Source: Hyphomonas sp.
Lineage (GTDB): Bacteria > Pseudomonadota > Alphaproteobacteria > Caulobacterales > Hyphomonadaceae
Assembly (NCBI GenBank): GCA_046291585.1
Contig: JBKBRT010000001.1
Location: 1-61,815, forward strand
Length of the DNA: 61,815 bases
Direction of reading: 5' to 3'
Made by a program: the position numbers and the translations under genes
In this document: positions 37,228 through 47,796 of the stretch, piece by piece
How positions within the stretch are numbered: the first letter of the stretch is position 1
How the letters are laid out: every line of letters begins with the position of its first letter
The notes under the pieces: model-generated
Told to the model about the DNA's origin: nothing
Seen by the model: only the letters and a program-made list of their open reading frames with translations
Database searches by the model: none

Positions 37228-37307
37228 TCGATCCCTGCGGGGCCGGCCCTCTGGCGCAGGCCCCGCAAAACCCCGTACCGAAAAACGCTCATTAGAAGGC
37301 AAAAAAA

Positions 37308-38711
37308 ATGGCAGATGATCTTCTCAAGCTTATGAAGGACCAGGACGTCCAGTATGTGGACCTGCGCTTCACCGATACGCGCGGTAAGCTGCAGCACGTG
37401 TCCTTCCACAAGGACATGGTGGACAAGAGCTTCTTTGAAGATGGCCAGATGTTTGATGGCTCCTCGATCGCTGGCTGGAAAGCCATCAACGAGTCCGACA
37501 TGCTTCTGAAACCGGACACAAAAGGCGCGTTCATCGATCCGTTCTTCCAACAGACCACGCTGGTTGTGTTCTGTGACATTCTCGACCCAATCTCGGGCCA
37601 GGCTTACAGCCGCGACCCGCGCACGACCGCCAAGAAAGCCGAGGCTTACCTTGCCGCATCCGGCATCGGTGACACCGCGTTCTTTGGCCCGGAAGCTGAA
37701 TTCTTCATTTTTGATGATGTTCGCTGGTCGACCGATCCCCACAGCACCGGCTATTCGTTCGACTCGACCGAACTGCCGACGAACTCCGGCCGCGAGTATC
37801 CGATGGGCAACCTCGGCCACCGCCCCGGCCCGAAGGGCGGTTACTTCCCCGTCCCGCCGATCGACTCCGAGCAGGACATGCGCGGCGAGATGCTGTCGAT
37901 CATGGGCGATATCGGCCTGGAGCCGGAGAAGCACCACCATGAAGTGGCGCCTGCCCAGCACGAGCTTGGCCTGAAATTCTCCACGCTCACGGTCATGGCT
38001 GACCGGATGCAGCTCTACAAATACGTGATCCACCAGGTGGCTGCGTCCTACGGCAAGACGGCGACGTTCATGCCGAAACCGATGTTCAAGGACAACGGCT
38101 CGGGCATGCACGTTCACCAGTCGATCTGGAAAGGCGGCAAGCCGCTGTTTGCCGGCGACAAGTATGCCGATCTCTCCGAGATGTGCCTTTACTACATCGG
38201 CGGCATCATCAAGCACGCCAAGGCGCTGAACGCGATCACCAACCCGTCGACCAACTCCTACAAGCGTCTGGTCCCAGGCTATGAAGCGCCTGTGATGCTG
38301 GCCTATTCGGCCCGCAACCGGTCTGCCTCGATCCGTATTCCTTACGGCTCGAACCCGAAAGCCAAGCGGATCGAAACCCGCTTCCCAGACCCGATGGCAA
38401 ACCCTTACCTCGCCTTCGCGGCCCTGCTGATGGCCGGCCTCGACGGGATCGAGAACAAGATCCATCCCGGCGACGCGATGGACAAGGACCTCTACGACCT
38501 GCCACCGGCGGAAGCCAAGCAGATCCCGCAGGTTTGCGGCTCGCTGCGTGAAGCCCTGGCGGCCCTCGACGCCGACCGCGCCTTCCTCAAGAAAGGCGGC
38601 GTGTTCGACGACGACCAGATCGATGCCTATATCGAACTGAAGATGGAAGAGAACATGCGTTACGAACTCCATCCGCACCCGGTCGAGTTCGACATGTACT
38701 ACAAGAACTAG
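37308..38711 (+). CDS. glnA: Glutamine synthetase type I
   Basis: [34 protein letters not shown], adenylylation site DLYDL. Confidence 0.98.
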   Translation: MADDLLKLMKDQDVQYVDLRFTDTRGKLQHVSFHKDMVDKSFFEDGQMFDGSSIAGWKAINESDMLLKPDTKGAFIDPFFQQTTLVVFCDILDPISGQAYSRDPRTTAKKAEAYLAASGIGDTAFFGPEAEFFIFDDVRWSTDPHSTGYSFDSTELPTNSGREYPMGNLGHRPGPKGGYFPVPPIDSEQDMRGEMLSIMGDIGLEPEKHHHEVAPAQHELGLKFSTLTVMADRMQLYKYVIHQVAASYGKTATFMPKPMFKDNGSGMHVHQSIWKGGKPLFAGDKYADLSEMCLYYIGGIIKHAKALNAITNPSTNSYKRLVPGYEAPVMLAYSARNRSASIRIPYGSNPKAKRIETRFPDPMANPYLAFAALLMAGLDGIENKIHPGDAMDKDLYDLPPAEAKQIPQVCGSLREALAALDADRAFLKKGGVFDDDQIDAYIELKMEENMRYELHPHPVEFDMYYKN

Positions 38712-38737
38712 GACGCGGGGTTTTAGTTTTGGGGCAG

Positions 38738-38766
38738 AGGCCGGCATCTTCGGGTGCCGGCCTTTT
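38738..38766 (+). terminator. Rho-independent terminator of glnBA
   Basis: AGGCCGGCATC-TTCG-GGTGCCGGCCT-TTT. Confidence 0.8.
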
Positions 38767-38798
38767 CGTTGCCGCAAAGGCGTGGCACGTCCTCGTCC

Positions 38799-39722
38799 AT
38801 GAGCTTTGTTCAACTCGCGCTGCTTTATGGCGCTCATATCTTCTGGCCTTTTGCCCTGTTCTGCCTGTGGGGGATCTTCCGGGCGCGCGGCGTGTTGCGG
38901 ATCGCTGCTGCTGTGGCTTTGATCCTCTCCCTTCCTCTCGCCTGGGCGCGCTTCGTTGAGCCACGGCTGCTGACGGTTCACGAGGCGACAATCCTCCTTC
39001 CGGGCTCGAGCACGGCCTCTCCCGCCATCCGTATTGCGCTTTTTGGTGATCCCCACATCGGGGCGTTTCCGCACGCCACGGCGATCAAACGGATTGTAGA
39101 ACGCATCAATGGGCAGGGCGTGGATGCGGTGTTTCTCGCAGGCGACCTGACATATCGTCCGAGACCTGAGGATATTTCCGAGGACTTCGCGGCGCTGGCA
39201 GATCTGGATGCGCCGCTGTTTGCCGTGCTGGGCAATCATGATGTTGGATTTCCCGGGCAGAACCTGACCGAGCCTCTGATGCGCGCGCTGCAGCAAGCCG
39301 AGGCGCGCGTCGTGCACAATCGGGCACTGGAGACCGAGATTTCCGGGAAGCGCGTGATTGTGTCCGGGGCCTCAGACCTCTGGGAGCGGCGGCAGGATTT
39401 CGGCTTTCATGCCAGCCTGCCGGAGGGTGTTCCGGTCATTCTGCTCACGCACAATCCGGATACGGCGCTTACGGTTCCGGACACGTTTCCCTATGATCTC
39501 ATGCTCGCCGGACACACGCATGGTGGGCAGGTGCGCATACCCGGGATTTACAAAAATATACTTCCGGTGAGCGGACCGTTTGACCGTGAACTCCACCATT
39601 TCCAGAGCCCGGCCGGAGAACGGTTGGTTTATGTCACTACGGGCACGGGAATGGTCGGTGTACCGATGCGCTTCCTGATGCCGCCACGGATTGACGTACT
39701 GACAGTGCATCTGCCGGAATGA
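38799..39722 (+). CDS. Membrane-anchored metallophosphoesterase
   Basis: GDPH, AGD, LGNHD, THNPD, AGHTHGGQ motifs. Confidence 0.9.
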   Translation: MSFVQLALLYGAHIFWPFALFCLWGIFRARGVLRIAAAVALILSLPLAWARFVEPRLLTVHEATILLPGSSTASPAIRIALFGDPHIGAFPHATAIKRIVERINGQGVDAVFLAGDLTYRPRPEDISEDFAALADLDAPLFAVLGNHDVGFPGQNLTEPLMRALQQAEARVVHNRALETEISGKRVIVSGASDLWERRQDFGFHASLPEGVPVILLTHNPDTALTVPDTFPYDLMLAGHTHGGQVRIPGIYKNILPVSGPFDRELHHFQSPAGERLVYVTTGTGMVGVPMRFLMPPRIDVLTVHLPE

Positions 39723-39757
39723 AAAACGCCCGCCAGGAAATTCCGGGCGGGCGTCTT
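39722..39757 (-). terminator. Terminator of clpX (possibly bidirectional)
   Basis: ACGCCCGCC-loop-GGCGGGCGT with T tract on the minus strand, between convergent genes. Confidence 0.72.
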
Positions 39758-39781
39758 GAAGTTCTTTGACCTAAGGGCCGA

Positions 39782-41044
39782 TCAGCCTGCTTCGGTCTGG
39801 CTCTTGGAAGCGTGGACATAGAGAGGCTCGGCGTTGCCGTCGACCACTTCTGCGTTGATCACCACTTCTTCCACGCCGCGCAGGTTTGGCAGCTCGAACA
39901 TCGTGTCGAGCAAGATCGATTCCATGATCGACCGCAGGCCACGAGCGCCGGTTTTGCGCGTGATGGCACGGCGGGCAACTGCCACCAGCGCTTCAGGCGT
40001 AAAGGTCAGCTGCACGCTCTCCATGTCGAAGAGGCGCTGATACTGCTTGAGAAGAGCGTTCTTCGGCTGGGTGAGGATCTGGATGAGGGCTTTCTCGTCC
40101 AGGTCTTCGAGCGTTGCCAGAACCGGCAGACGGCCGATGAATTCGGGAATAAGGCCGAACTTCTGAAGATCTTCAGGCTCAACCTCACGGAGCGTCTCGC
40201 CGACGCCGCGCTCTTCACCGGTCTTGATGGTGGCGCCAAAACCGATCGAGGCACTCTCGCCGCGGGCGGAGATGATCTTCTCGAGGCCGGCAAATGCGCC
40301 GCCGCAGATAAACAGAATGTTGGTCGTGTCGACCTGCAGGAACTCCTGCTGGGGATGTTTGCGCCCACCCTGCGGGGGGACAGCGGCAACCGTGCCCTCC
40401 ATGATCTTCAGGAGCGCCTGCTGGACCCCCTCGCCCGATACATCCCGCGTAATCGATGGATTGTCCGACTTGCGGGAGATCTTGTCGATCTCGTCGATGT
40501 AGACGATGCCGCGCTGGGCGCGCTCGACGTTATAGTCAGCCGCCTGGAGCAGTTTCAGGACGATGTTTTCCACATCCTCGCCAACATAGCCGGCTTCGGT
40601 CAGCGTCGTGGCGTCCGCCATGGTGAACGGCACGTCCAGGATGCGCGCCAGCGTCTGGGCCAGCAGTGTCTTGCCGCAGCCCGTGGGGCCAACCAGGAGG
40701 ATGTTGGATTTCGACAGCTCCACCCCATCGGTCTTACCGGCATGGGAGAGGCGTTTGTAATGGTTATGAACGGCGACGGACAGGATGCGCTTGGCATAGC
40801 GCTGGCCGATCACGTAATCGTCGAGAACATCGCAGATTTCCTGCGGCGTCGGCACCCCATCACGGGACTTGATCGCGGAGGTTTTGTTTTCCTCGCGGAT
40901 GATGTCCATGCAGAGTTCGACGCATTCATCGCAGATGAACACTGTCGGCCCGGCAATGAGCTTTTTGACCTCATGCTGGCTTTTACCGCAGAAGGAACAG
41001 TACAGCGTGTTCTTTGAATCGCCGGAGCCGTTTGGTTTGGTCAT
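39782..41044 (-). CDS. clpX: ATP-dependent Clp protease ATP-binding subunit ClpX
   Basis: Zn finger CSFCGK...[33 protein letters not shown] loop. Confidence 0.98.
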   Translation of the reverse strand: MTKPNGSGDSKNTLYCSFCGKSQHEVKKLIAGPTVFICDECVELCMDIIREENKTSAIKSRDGVPTPQEICDVLDDYVIGQRYAKRILSVAVHNHYKRLSHAGKTDGVELSKSNILLVGPTGCGKTLLAQTLARILDVPFTMADATTLTEAGYVGEDVENIVLKLLQAADYNVERAQRGIVYIDEIDKISRKSDNPSITRDVSGEGVQQALLKIMEGTVAAVPPQGGRKHPQQEFLQVDTTNILFICGGAFAGLEKIISARGESASIGFGATIKTGEERGVGETLREVEPEDLQKFGLIPEFIGRLPVLATLEDLDEKALIQILTQPKNALLKQYQRLFDMESVQLTFTPEALVAVARRAITRKTGARGLRSIMESILLDTMFELPNLRGVEEVVINAEVVDGNAEPLYVHASKSQTEAG

Positions 41045-41170
41045 GCGGTCCTCACTGCCATACAAGGCTTAACGTGGACTTTAAGCCCCTGCCAAGCATG
41101 GTCTTTTTCTAGACAATAAACCTGTTCGCCTGCCCTGCAAGGGCTGGGCCGCACCTTGAAACACAGGGTA

Positions 41171-41794
41171 TTATTTTTCGTCTTCTGCGGTGCGGCGTTC
41201 ATAAACCTTGTCAACGATCCCAAATTCCATGGCTTCTTCAGCTGTTAGGAAGGTGTCGCGATCGAGCTTTCTTTCAACGACGTTGTATTCCTGACCCGTG
41301 TGCCGGACATAAATTTCGTTCAAACGGCGCTTGAGTTCGATGATTTCTTCGGCATGGCGCTCAATATCCGTGGCAACGCCCGAATATCCACCAGACGGCT
41401 GATGCAGCATCACGCGGGCGTTGGGCAGGGCGATGCGCATGCCTTTTTCCCCTGCGGCAAGCAGGAGCGAGCCCATCGAGGCCGCCTGTCCGATGCACAC
41501 TGTGGAAATCGGGCAGCGGACATATTGCATCGTGTCGTAGATCGCCAGGCCCGAGGAGACATAGCCGCCGGGGCTGTTGATATACATGGCGATTTCGCGC
41601 TTCGGGTTCTCCGATTCGAGGAACAGAAGCTGCGCGGTGATGAGCGATGCCATGCCATCCTCAACCATGCCGGTCACGAAAACGATCCGCTCCTTGAGAA
41701 GGCGGGAGAAGATATCAAACGCGCGCTCACCACGGCTCGTCTGCTCGACGACCATCGGAACAAGATTGAGAGCGGTCTGAAGTGATGTCGACAT
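41171..41794 (-). CDS. clpP: Clp protease proteolytic subunit
   Basis: [28 protein letters not shown]. Confidence 0.98.
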   Translation of the reverse strand: MSTSLQTALNLVPMVVEQTSRGERAFDIFSRLLKERIVFVTGMVEDGMASLITAQLLFLESENPKREIAMYINSPGGYVSSGLAIYDTMQYVRCPISTVCIGQAASMGSLLLAAGEKGMRIALPNARVMLHQPSGGYSGVATDIERHAEEIIELKRRLNEIYVRHTGQEYNVVERKLDRDTFLTAEEAMEFGIVDKVYERRTAEDEK

Positions 41795-41912
41795 AAAAAT
41801 GACCTTGTGGATCAGGGCTGAATCGCCGCCTGCTGGTTTGGCAGAAGCCTTTATATTTGTCCATTCGCCGGCGACCGCAAGGCCGCGCCTGCTGTGGAAT
41901 AGAGTCTAATCC

Positions 41913-42806
41913 CTAACGGAACGGCCACGGACCGCAACCACTGGGTAACGCAACCGCCGGATTGTCCATGAAAGCGGCGTAATCAGCAATCACCTTGCTT
42001 CTCTGATTATCGCTCAAAAGAACGTGGTAGCCGTCGGGATAATAGACGGTACGGACGCTGGGTGGGAAGCGTTTGAATGTGCGCCGGGGCCCGTCGGGTA
42101 GAATGACCTCATCCCGGGCGCCATAGGAGGCAAGCACGGGCAGGCCTGCCGGAAGGCGGCCGGCCACATCATGTGCCCGCTCCATGAGGTCGACGACACC
42201 GGCGATCTGATCAACGCGGTTTTCTCTGGCATGCAGCGGATCGGCATCCTGAAGGGTAAGGAACTCGGCATTGTCGGACATCCGCGGTTTGGCGAAGGCG
42301 GGCGGCCGCAGGATCAGGCCCGGGCTGAGTGAGTTCATGAACTTCAGCGACCCGGCATAGGCAGGGTTCAATGCGCCCCAGCCGCTCAGGCCCGGTCCAG
42401 ACAGGATCAGCCGATCTGCCAATGGCGGACGGTCCGACGCAAACGCCGTGATGGCGACGGCAGACCCCATAGAGATGGCAACCACTGTCAGCGTGGCCTT
42501 TGGATGGCGCGCGCGGGCAAGGCTGACGGCCGTGCGCATATCTTCCCGCATCAACTCTTCGTCCGGCCAGATGCCCCGGCCGGCGGACCGGCCAAAGCCC
42601 CGCTGGTCATAAGCATAGACCGCCCTGCCCTCTGCGGCCCATTCCGGCGCGGCAAGGCGAAACTCACCGGCATAATTATTCATGCCGTGAACGCCGACGA
42701 TGACGTGTTTGGGGGATGCGGCCTTATGCGGTTTCCAGACGGTCAGGCCAAGCCGCGCCCCGTCATGGGCGAGCATTGCCTCTTCATCCTCAAGAAATGT
42801 TGGCAT
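41913..42806 (-). CDS. Alpha/beta hydrolase (lysophospholipase-like)
   Basis: VHGMNNY, DQRGFGRS, AISMG nucleophile elbow, GYHVL. Confidence 0.88.
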   Translation of the reverse strand: MPTFLEDEEAMLAHDGARLGLTVWKPHKAASPKHVIVGVHGMNNYAGEFRLAAPEWAAEGRAVYAYDQRGFGRSAGRGIWPDEELMREDMRTAVSLARARHPKATLTVVAISMGSAVAITAFASDRPPLADRLILSGPGLSGWGALNPAYAGSLKFMNSLSPGLILRPPAFAKPRMSDNAEFLTLQDADPLHARENRVDQIAGVVDLMERAHDVAGRLPAGLPVLASYGARDEVILPDGPRRTFKRFPPSVRTVYYPDGYHVLLSDNQRSKVIADYAAFMDNPAVALPSGCGPWPFR

Positions 42807-42815
42807 GGAACCCCA

Positions 42816-43859
42816 TCAGCAAGCGACCGGCGGGCGGTCTGCAGAGGCCCAGTGCGTACAGCTCTCACGGAAGGGCCATTCGCCTTCCCCGCTGGGCAGG
42901 GCTGTGGCGGGATCTTTCATGAACGCCAGATAATCTGCGTGCACCCGCTCGGCCTGCAGGTCGCGCAGCAGCATGTGATAGCCATTGGGATAGTAGACGG
43001 TGCGGACGAAGGTCGGGAGGATGTCTGCGGCCCGGCGCACGCCATTTTCCGGGATAACGATATCCCGCGCGCCATAGGAGATCAGGGTCGGAACGTTGGG
43101 TTTGAGCCGGGCAGCGGCCGTGTTGGCATTTTCCATCAGGGCAACGAGGCCATAAACCTGATCGATCCGCGTCCTGTAGGTCATGTGGGGGTCAGACCAT
43201 GTCCGGCGCAGCATGTCGTTGTTGTCGGAGGGCTCAATCTTGACGAGGCCGACCGGTGGCACCACGAGCCAGTCGGGATTGGCGTGGGCGGTTGCCCAGA
43301 GACTGACCCGGTAAAGCGGATTGATGGCGCCCCAGCCGCGCAGCCCGGGGCCAGAGACGATCAGGCGGTCGGCTTTCGGCGGGCGCTCTGACCCAAAGGC
43401 CGTCAGCGCGACGGAGCCGCCCATGGAGATACCCACAACGGTTATCGTAGCATTCGGGTGGCGGGCCCGGGCGACGTCCACTGCGGTGCGCAGGTCTTCG
43501 CGCATCAACTCTTCTTCCGGCCAGATGCCTTTGTTGGGCGAGCGGCCAAAACCGCGCTGGTCATACGCATAGGTGGTGACGCCGTGCCGCGCCCAGTAAG
43601 GTGCGGCCATATGGAAGGCATTGGCATAGTCATTCATGCCGTGAACGCCCACGACGACATGCTCCGGGTTTGTTGTGCCTGCAGCCGGCCAGACGGTGAG
43701 CCCGAGGCGGGCGCCATCCTGAGCGATGAACTGGTTTCTTTCCGGCATGAAGGCCGGCGTTATCTCAGCCGAGGGGCTGAGCGCGCCCTGCGTGACAGGC
43801 GTGGCACACGCCGCAACCGAGACGGACAGGGCCGCCGTCACCAACGCGGCCAACCGCAT
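42816..43859 (-). CDS. Alpha/beta hydrolase lipoprotein (lysophospholipase-like)
   Basis: Lipobox VAAC after ATG 43859; VHGMNDY, DQRGFGRS, GISMGG, GYHML. Confidence 0.88.
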   Translation of the reverse strand: MRLAALVTAALSVSVAACATPVTQGALSPSAEITPAFMPERNQFIAQDGARLGLTVWPAAGTTNPEHVVVGVHGMNDYANAFHMAAPYWARHGVTTYAYDQRGFGRSPNKGIWPEEELMREDLRTAVDVARARHPNATITVVGISMGGSVALTAFGSERPPKADRLIVSGPGLRGWGAINPLYRVSLWATAHANPDWLVVPPVGLVKIEPSDNNDMLRRTWSDPHMTYRTRIDQVYGLVALMENANTAAARLKPNVPTLISYGARDIVIPENGVRRAADILPTFVRTVYYPNGYHMLLRDLQAERVHADYLAFMKDPATALPSGEGEWPFRESCTHWASADRPPVAC

Positions 43860-44108
43860 AAGGCCCCCGGCAAAGGGGCGGGAGGCAAAAGACCAAACAG
43901 CAAGCGTCATCATCAAATCCATATAAGGCGCCGCCATGATCGCACCAGCCGATGAACAGCGCGTGACGCAGCGGGCGCCATTTTGCCGACAGGCCGCACG
44001 TGGGGCAACATTCTTGCCGCAGCCGGGGACGAACGGCCGGCTGCTTGCCCCTGAGTGGCTGTCATGCGAGACCGGGGCATCGAAGATTCCAGACGGGGAA
44101 CCGTTCCT

Positions 44109-45842
44109 ATGCACCTGAAACATCTTACCCTCTCGGCGGCCGCGCTCGCGCTGGCAGCCTGCGGCCCCTCGGCGCCAACCGACACCGCGCAAGCGCCTCA
44201 GACTGACGCCGTGGCCGAAGAGCTGCTGCTCCCGCTGCCGGAGGCCACCGTGCCCGAAATCGCTGCGGCTGACATAGCCGTGCGCGTGAAGACCCTGGCG
44301 GACGACATTTTTGAGGGCCGCGGCCCCGGAACGCCGGCTGGCGAAGCCTCCGCCGCATGGATCGCCGCAGAGCTTGCCCGCATTGGGCTGGAGCCGGCTG
44401 GCGATGATGGCTCATGGTATCAGCAGGTTGAGATGGTGAACCAGACTGTCGACCCGGCCGCTTCCAGCCTCGTTCTGACCTGGCCTGATCAGGAAGAGCT
44501 GTCGCTCGACCTCAAGGACCAGGCGGTGATGTGGACCAAGCGGCAGAATACCGATCACATCTCATTTGAGCCAAGTGACGTGGTCTTCGTCGGCTACGGG
44601 GCCGTTGCGCCTGAGTATGGCTGGAATGACTATGCAGGCCAGGACTATACCGGCAAAACCGTGCTGATCCTCGTCAATGATCCCGGCTTTGCCACCGAAG
44701 ACCCCAACCTCTTCAACGGCAAAGCCATGACATATTACGGCCGCTGGACCTACAAATTTGAAGAGGCCGCCCGCCAGGGCGCCGCAGCTGCCATCGTTAT
44801 CCACGAAACCGAACCGGCCGCCTATGGCTGGGACGTTGTGGCCAATTCCTGGACCGGCGCCCAGTCCGATCTGGTGCGCCCCAATGGCGGCGCAGATCGC
44901 GCCATGATGGAGGGCTGGGTTCAGCGCGACATTGCCGTGGACATGTTCGCCAAGGCAGGGCTCGACTTTGAAGCCCTGAAAGCGGCTGCGAAAACCCCCG
45001 GCTTTCAGCCCGTCGCCCTTAAAGGTGTCAAGGCGCGCGGCGAAATCCACCAGACCATCGACAAGCTGACCAGCCGCAACGTGATCGGCGTGTTGCCTGG
45101 CGCGACAACGCCAGAAGAATATGTACTGTACACGGCGCACTGGGATCATCTTGGCATGAAGACAGGTGCCCCAGGCGAAGACTTCTACGCAGACCAGATC
45201 TACAATGGCGCCGTCGACAATGCGACGGGCACAGCCGGCATTCTGGAGATTGCCGAAGCGATGAAAGCACAGACGCTGGATCGATCGACGATGTTCCTGT
45301 TCGTGACGCTGGAAGAGTCCGGCCTGCTGGGGTCTGAGTATTTTGCGAACAATCCAACGGTCCCGCTGAACAAGGTGGTGGCCGGGATCAATATCGACGG
45401 CGCGCTTCCGATGGGCCGCACCAGAGACATGACGGTCGTGGGCTTTGGCGCCTCCGAGCTTGAAGACATCTTGAAGGATGTGCTCGTCGCTTATGATCGC
45501 ATCATTACCCCGGATGGCCGCCCAGAAGCCGGGTTCTTCTACCGTTCGGACCACATCTCGCTGGCCAAGAAGGGCGTGCCGATGCTCTACGCAGGCGAAG
45601 GCGAAGATAAGCGCGAAGGGGGCATTGCTGCCGGGCGGGCTGCAGCAGCTGCTTACACCGCAGAGCGCTACCACAAGCCGATGGACGAATATTCCGACAG
45701 CTGGGACCTCTCCGGCTTCGAGGAAGACCTGAAGGCGCTGTATGATGTCGGGTTACGCATCGCCAATTCCGACAGCTGGCCAACCTGGTATCCCGGCAAC
45801 GAGTTTGAATCGATCCGTCAAGAGAGCCTCGCCGGCGAATAA
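44109..45842 (+). CDS. M28 family metallopeptidase lipoprotein with PA domain
   Basis: Lipobox LAAC; TAHWDHLG, GAVDNATG, LEESGLLGS, RSDH, YHKPMD. Confidence 0.92.
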   Translation: MHLKHLTLSAAALALAACGPSAPTDTAQAPQTDAVAEELLLPLPEATVPEIAAADIAVRVKTLADDIFEGRGPGTPAGEASAAWIAAELARIGLEPAGDDGSWYQQVEMVNQTVDPAASSLVLTWPDQEELSLDLKDQAVMWTKRQNTDHISFEPSDVVFVGYGAVAPEYGWNDYAGQDYTGKTVLILVNDPGFATEDPNLFNGKAMTYYGRWTYKFEEAARQGAAAAIVIHETEPAAYGWDVVANSWTGAQSDLVRPNGGADRAMMEGWVQRDIAVDMFAKAGLDFEALKAAAKTPGFQPVALKGVKARGEIHQTIDKLTSRNVIGVLPGATTPEEYVLYTAHWDHLGMKTGAPGEDFYADQIYNGAVDNATGTAGILEIAEAMKAQTLDRSTMFLFVTLEESGLLGSEYFANNPTVPLNKVVAGINIDGALPMGRTRDMTVVGFGASELEDILKDVLVAYDRIITPDGRPEAGFFYRSDHISLAKKGVPMLYAGEGEDKREGGIAAGRAAAAAYTAERYHKPMDEYSDSWDLSGFEEDLKALYDVGLRIANSDSWPTWYPGNEFESIRQESLAGE

Positions 45843-45881
45843 GCCGGCAGGACTTTTCGATCATCAGAAAACAGAGGCTGT

Positions 45882-46670
45882 ATGCTTTCCTACCAGCATG
45901 GCTTTCACGCCGGAAACCGCGCAGATGTTCTGAAGCATGCGGTGCTCGACACCCTGCTCCGGGCGGCTGCAAACGGGCCGCGGCCCCTGTTTTATGTCGA
46001 AACGCATTCCGGGCGCGGACGGTATGACCTGACAAATGCGCAGGCGCGCAAACGCGGCGAGTCCGATGATGGCGTGATTGCGCTGATGAAGGGGACGCCT
46101 CCAAAGCCGCTTTGCTCCTGGATGGAACTCGTCAACGCACGCGGGATGAAAGACTATCCGGGCTCACCGGCGCTCGCGCAAACGCTGCTCCCGAAATCGG
46201 CGCGAATGGTCTTGTTTGAGCTTCATCCGCAGGAGAACGCCGTCATCAACGAGGCGATGAAGGGCGACGACCGTATCCGTATACAGAAGGCTGACGGCTA
46301 TTCGGGGGCGCTGAAACTGGCGCCGCGCGCGGGCGAGCAGATGGTCATTCTCGTTGACCCCAGCTATGAAACCCACCGGGATATTGAGGCGCTGGCACTG
46401 TGGACGCCCAAGGCGCTAAAGCGCTGGCCCGGCGCCTTGCTCATCCTCTGGCTCCCCCTTTTCCGGGATGGCCGGGAGGCCGAGTTCGGTGAATACCTTG
46501 CGACGCTGGGAGATGCCATGATCGTTGGCGCACGCTGGCCTGTTGCAGCCGGAACGGAAAGCTCGATTGAAGGATCAGCCATGGTCGCCTTTGGCGCGCC
46601 GGCCGAGGCCCGCGCTAAGTGTGAGGCGATTGCGTCAAGCCTTGAAAACTATTGGGCGCAGACGGCCTAG
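45882..46670 (+). CDS. rlmJ: 23S rRNA m6A2030 methyltransferase
   Basis: MLSYQHGFHAGNRADVLKH, YPGSP, DPSYE. Confidence 0.93.
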   Translation: MLSYQHGFHAGNRADVLKHAVLDTLLRAAANGPRPLFYVETHSGRGRYDLTNAQARKRGESDDGVIALMKGTPPKPLCSWMELVNARGMKDYPGSPALAQTLLPKSARMVLFELHPQENAVINEAMKGDDRIRIQKADGYSGALKLAPRAGEQMVILVDPSYETHRDIEALALWTPKALKRWPGALLILWLPLFRDGREAEFGEYLATLGDAMIVGARWPVAAGTESSIEGSAMVAFGAPAEARAKCEAIASSLENYWAQTA

Positions 46671-47629
46671 TCGGCCACTTTTTTCCGTCCGTATTCCTCA
46701 TAGCTCTTGCCGAGTGCAAAGGAGATCATGCCGAGCCCCCGGCTGACTGTGTAGGCGCGCGCAAGGATTGCGCGTTTGTTCTGGCCCAGTGTAATCATGG
46801 CCGCGAGGGCCGTCAGGACGCTGCCGGCGACGACCCGGATCACGCCATTGACGCCGCTTTTCACGCGCGCCATGGCCGGATTGAGGTGGCGCCCGGCAAT
46901 CATCGCATCTGTCAGGCCGGTGCGATACCAGCGGCGCAGCAGCCAGTTCACCCGCGCTCGATCTTCCGGGACATGTTCATACACAAGCGCATCCTTCGCC
47001 TGGGTGAGCCGGTGACTGCGATCAAGGAGCTGGGTGAAGAAGAGAGTGTCTTCTGCGCCGGTCAGCGACATTCGCGGGTCGAAGCGAAGGGCTTCCCTGC
47101 GCACCACGGTCATGTCGATCAGGCAATTGCAGGTGGCGCCGGGCTTGGTCTGATCATGGTCCTCCGTGATCGGCGTTCCGTGAACACCCCAATCCTTCAT
47201 CCATTGCGGCGCCGATTGTGGATACACAGATTGGACGGGCCCGAAGACACTTGCCGCGCCTGTTTCGCGGTATCGACGAACGAGGGCGGCAAGCCAATCA
47301 GGGTGCGCAAACTCGTCGTCGTCGATAAAGGCGAGAAGGTCTGCCTCGCCTGCGAGCTGCAGTGCGCGATTGCGAACATGCGTGACGCCGGGTGCTTCCT
47401 CAAGTTCATAGCTGAGCGGCGCGGGGAACGCCTGCTGCCATTTTTCGACAACAGGGCGTGCATTACCCGCGCGGTCATTGTCGATGATGACGAAGTGGAC
47501 ATCCGCGTTCTTCGGCAATGTCAGCGCCGACAGGCTTTTCAGAAGGCCATCCAACATCTCGTTGCGCCGATAGGTCGGCGCGGCAACGAGGATCTGCAAG
47601 TTCCGCGATGTATCGCCTGGAGGGATCAA
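46667..47629 (-). CDS. GT2 glycosyltransferase (ExoM-like)
   Basis: PTYRR, IIDND, RN, FIDDDE, AED motifs; start uncertain. Confidence 0.88.
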   Translation of the reverse strand: MIPPGDTSRNLQILVAAPTYRRNEMLDGLLKSLSALTLPKNADVHFVIIDNDRAGNARPVVEKWQQAFPAPLSYELEEAPGVTHVRNRALQLAGEADLLAFIDDDEFAHPDWLAALVRRYRETGAASVFGPVQSVYPQSAPQWMKDWGVHGTPITEDHDQTKPGATCNCLIDMTVVRREALRFDPRMSLTGAEDTLFFTQLLDRSHRLTQAKDALVYEHVPEDRARVNWLLRRWYRTGLTDAMIAGRHLNPAMARVKSGVNGVIRVVAGSVLTALAAMITLGQNKRAILARAYTVSRGLGMISFALGKSYEEYGRKKVAD

Positions 47630-47738
47630 TGCAGCGTTCCTTCAAATCTGGCCGGTGGCAAAACATAACGCCGCTTGGACGATGACCCGTTAACGCCGCG
47701 CAGACTTGCAAATTCCGGGCCGGGCCGGCCCCTGATGC

Positions 47739-47768
47739 AAACGGGGCGGCCCCGTTGGAGCCGCCCCG
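47739..47768 (-). terminator. Putative terminator of the acyl-CoA dehydrogenase operon
   Basis: CGGGGCGGC-N9-GCCGCCCCG with short T tract on the minus strand. Confidence 0.55.
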
Positions 47769-47796
47769 CCTAATTCTGGTTAATGACCGACAGGCC

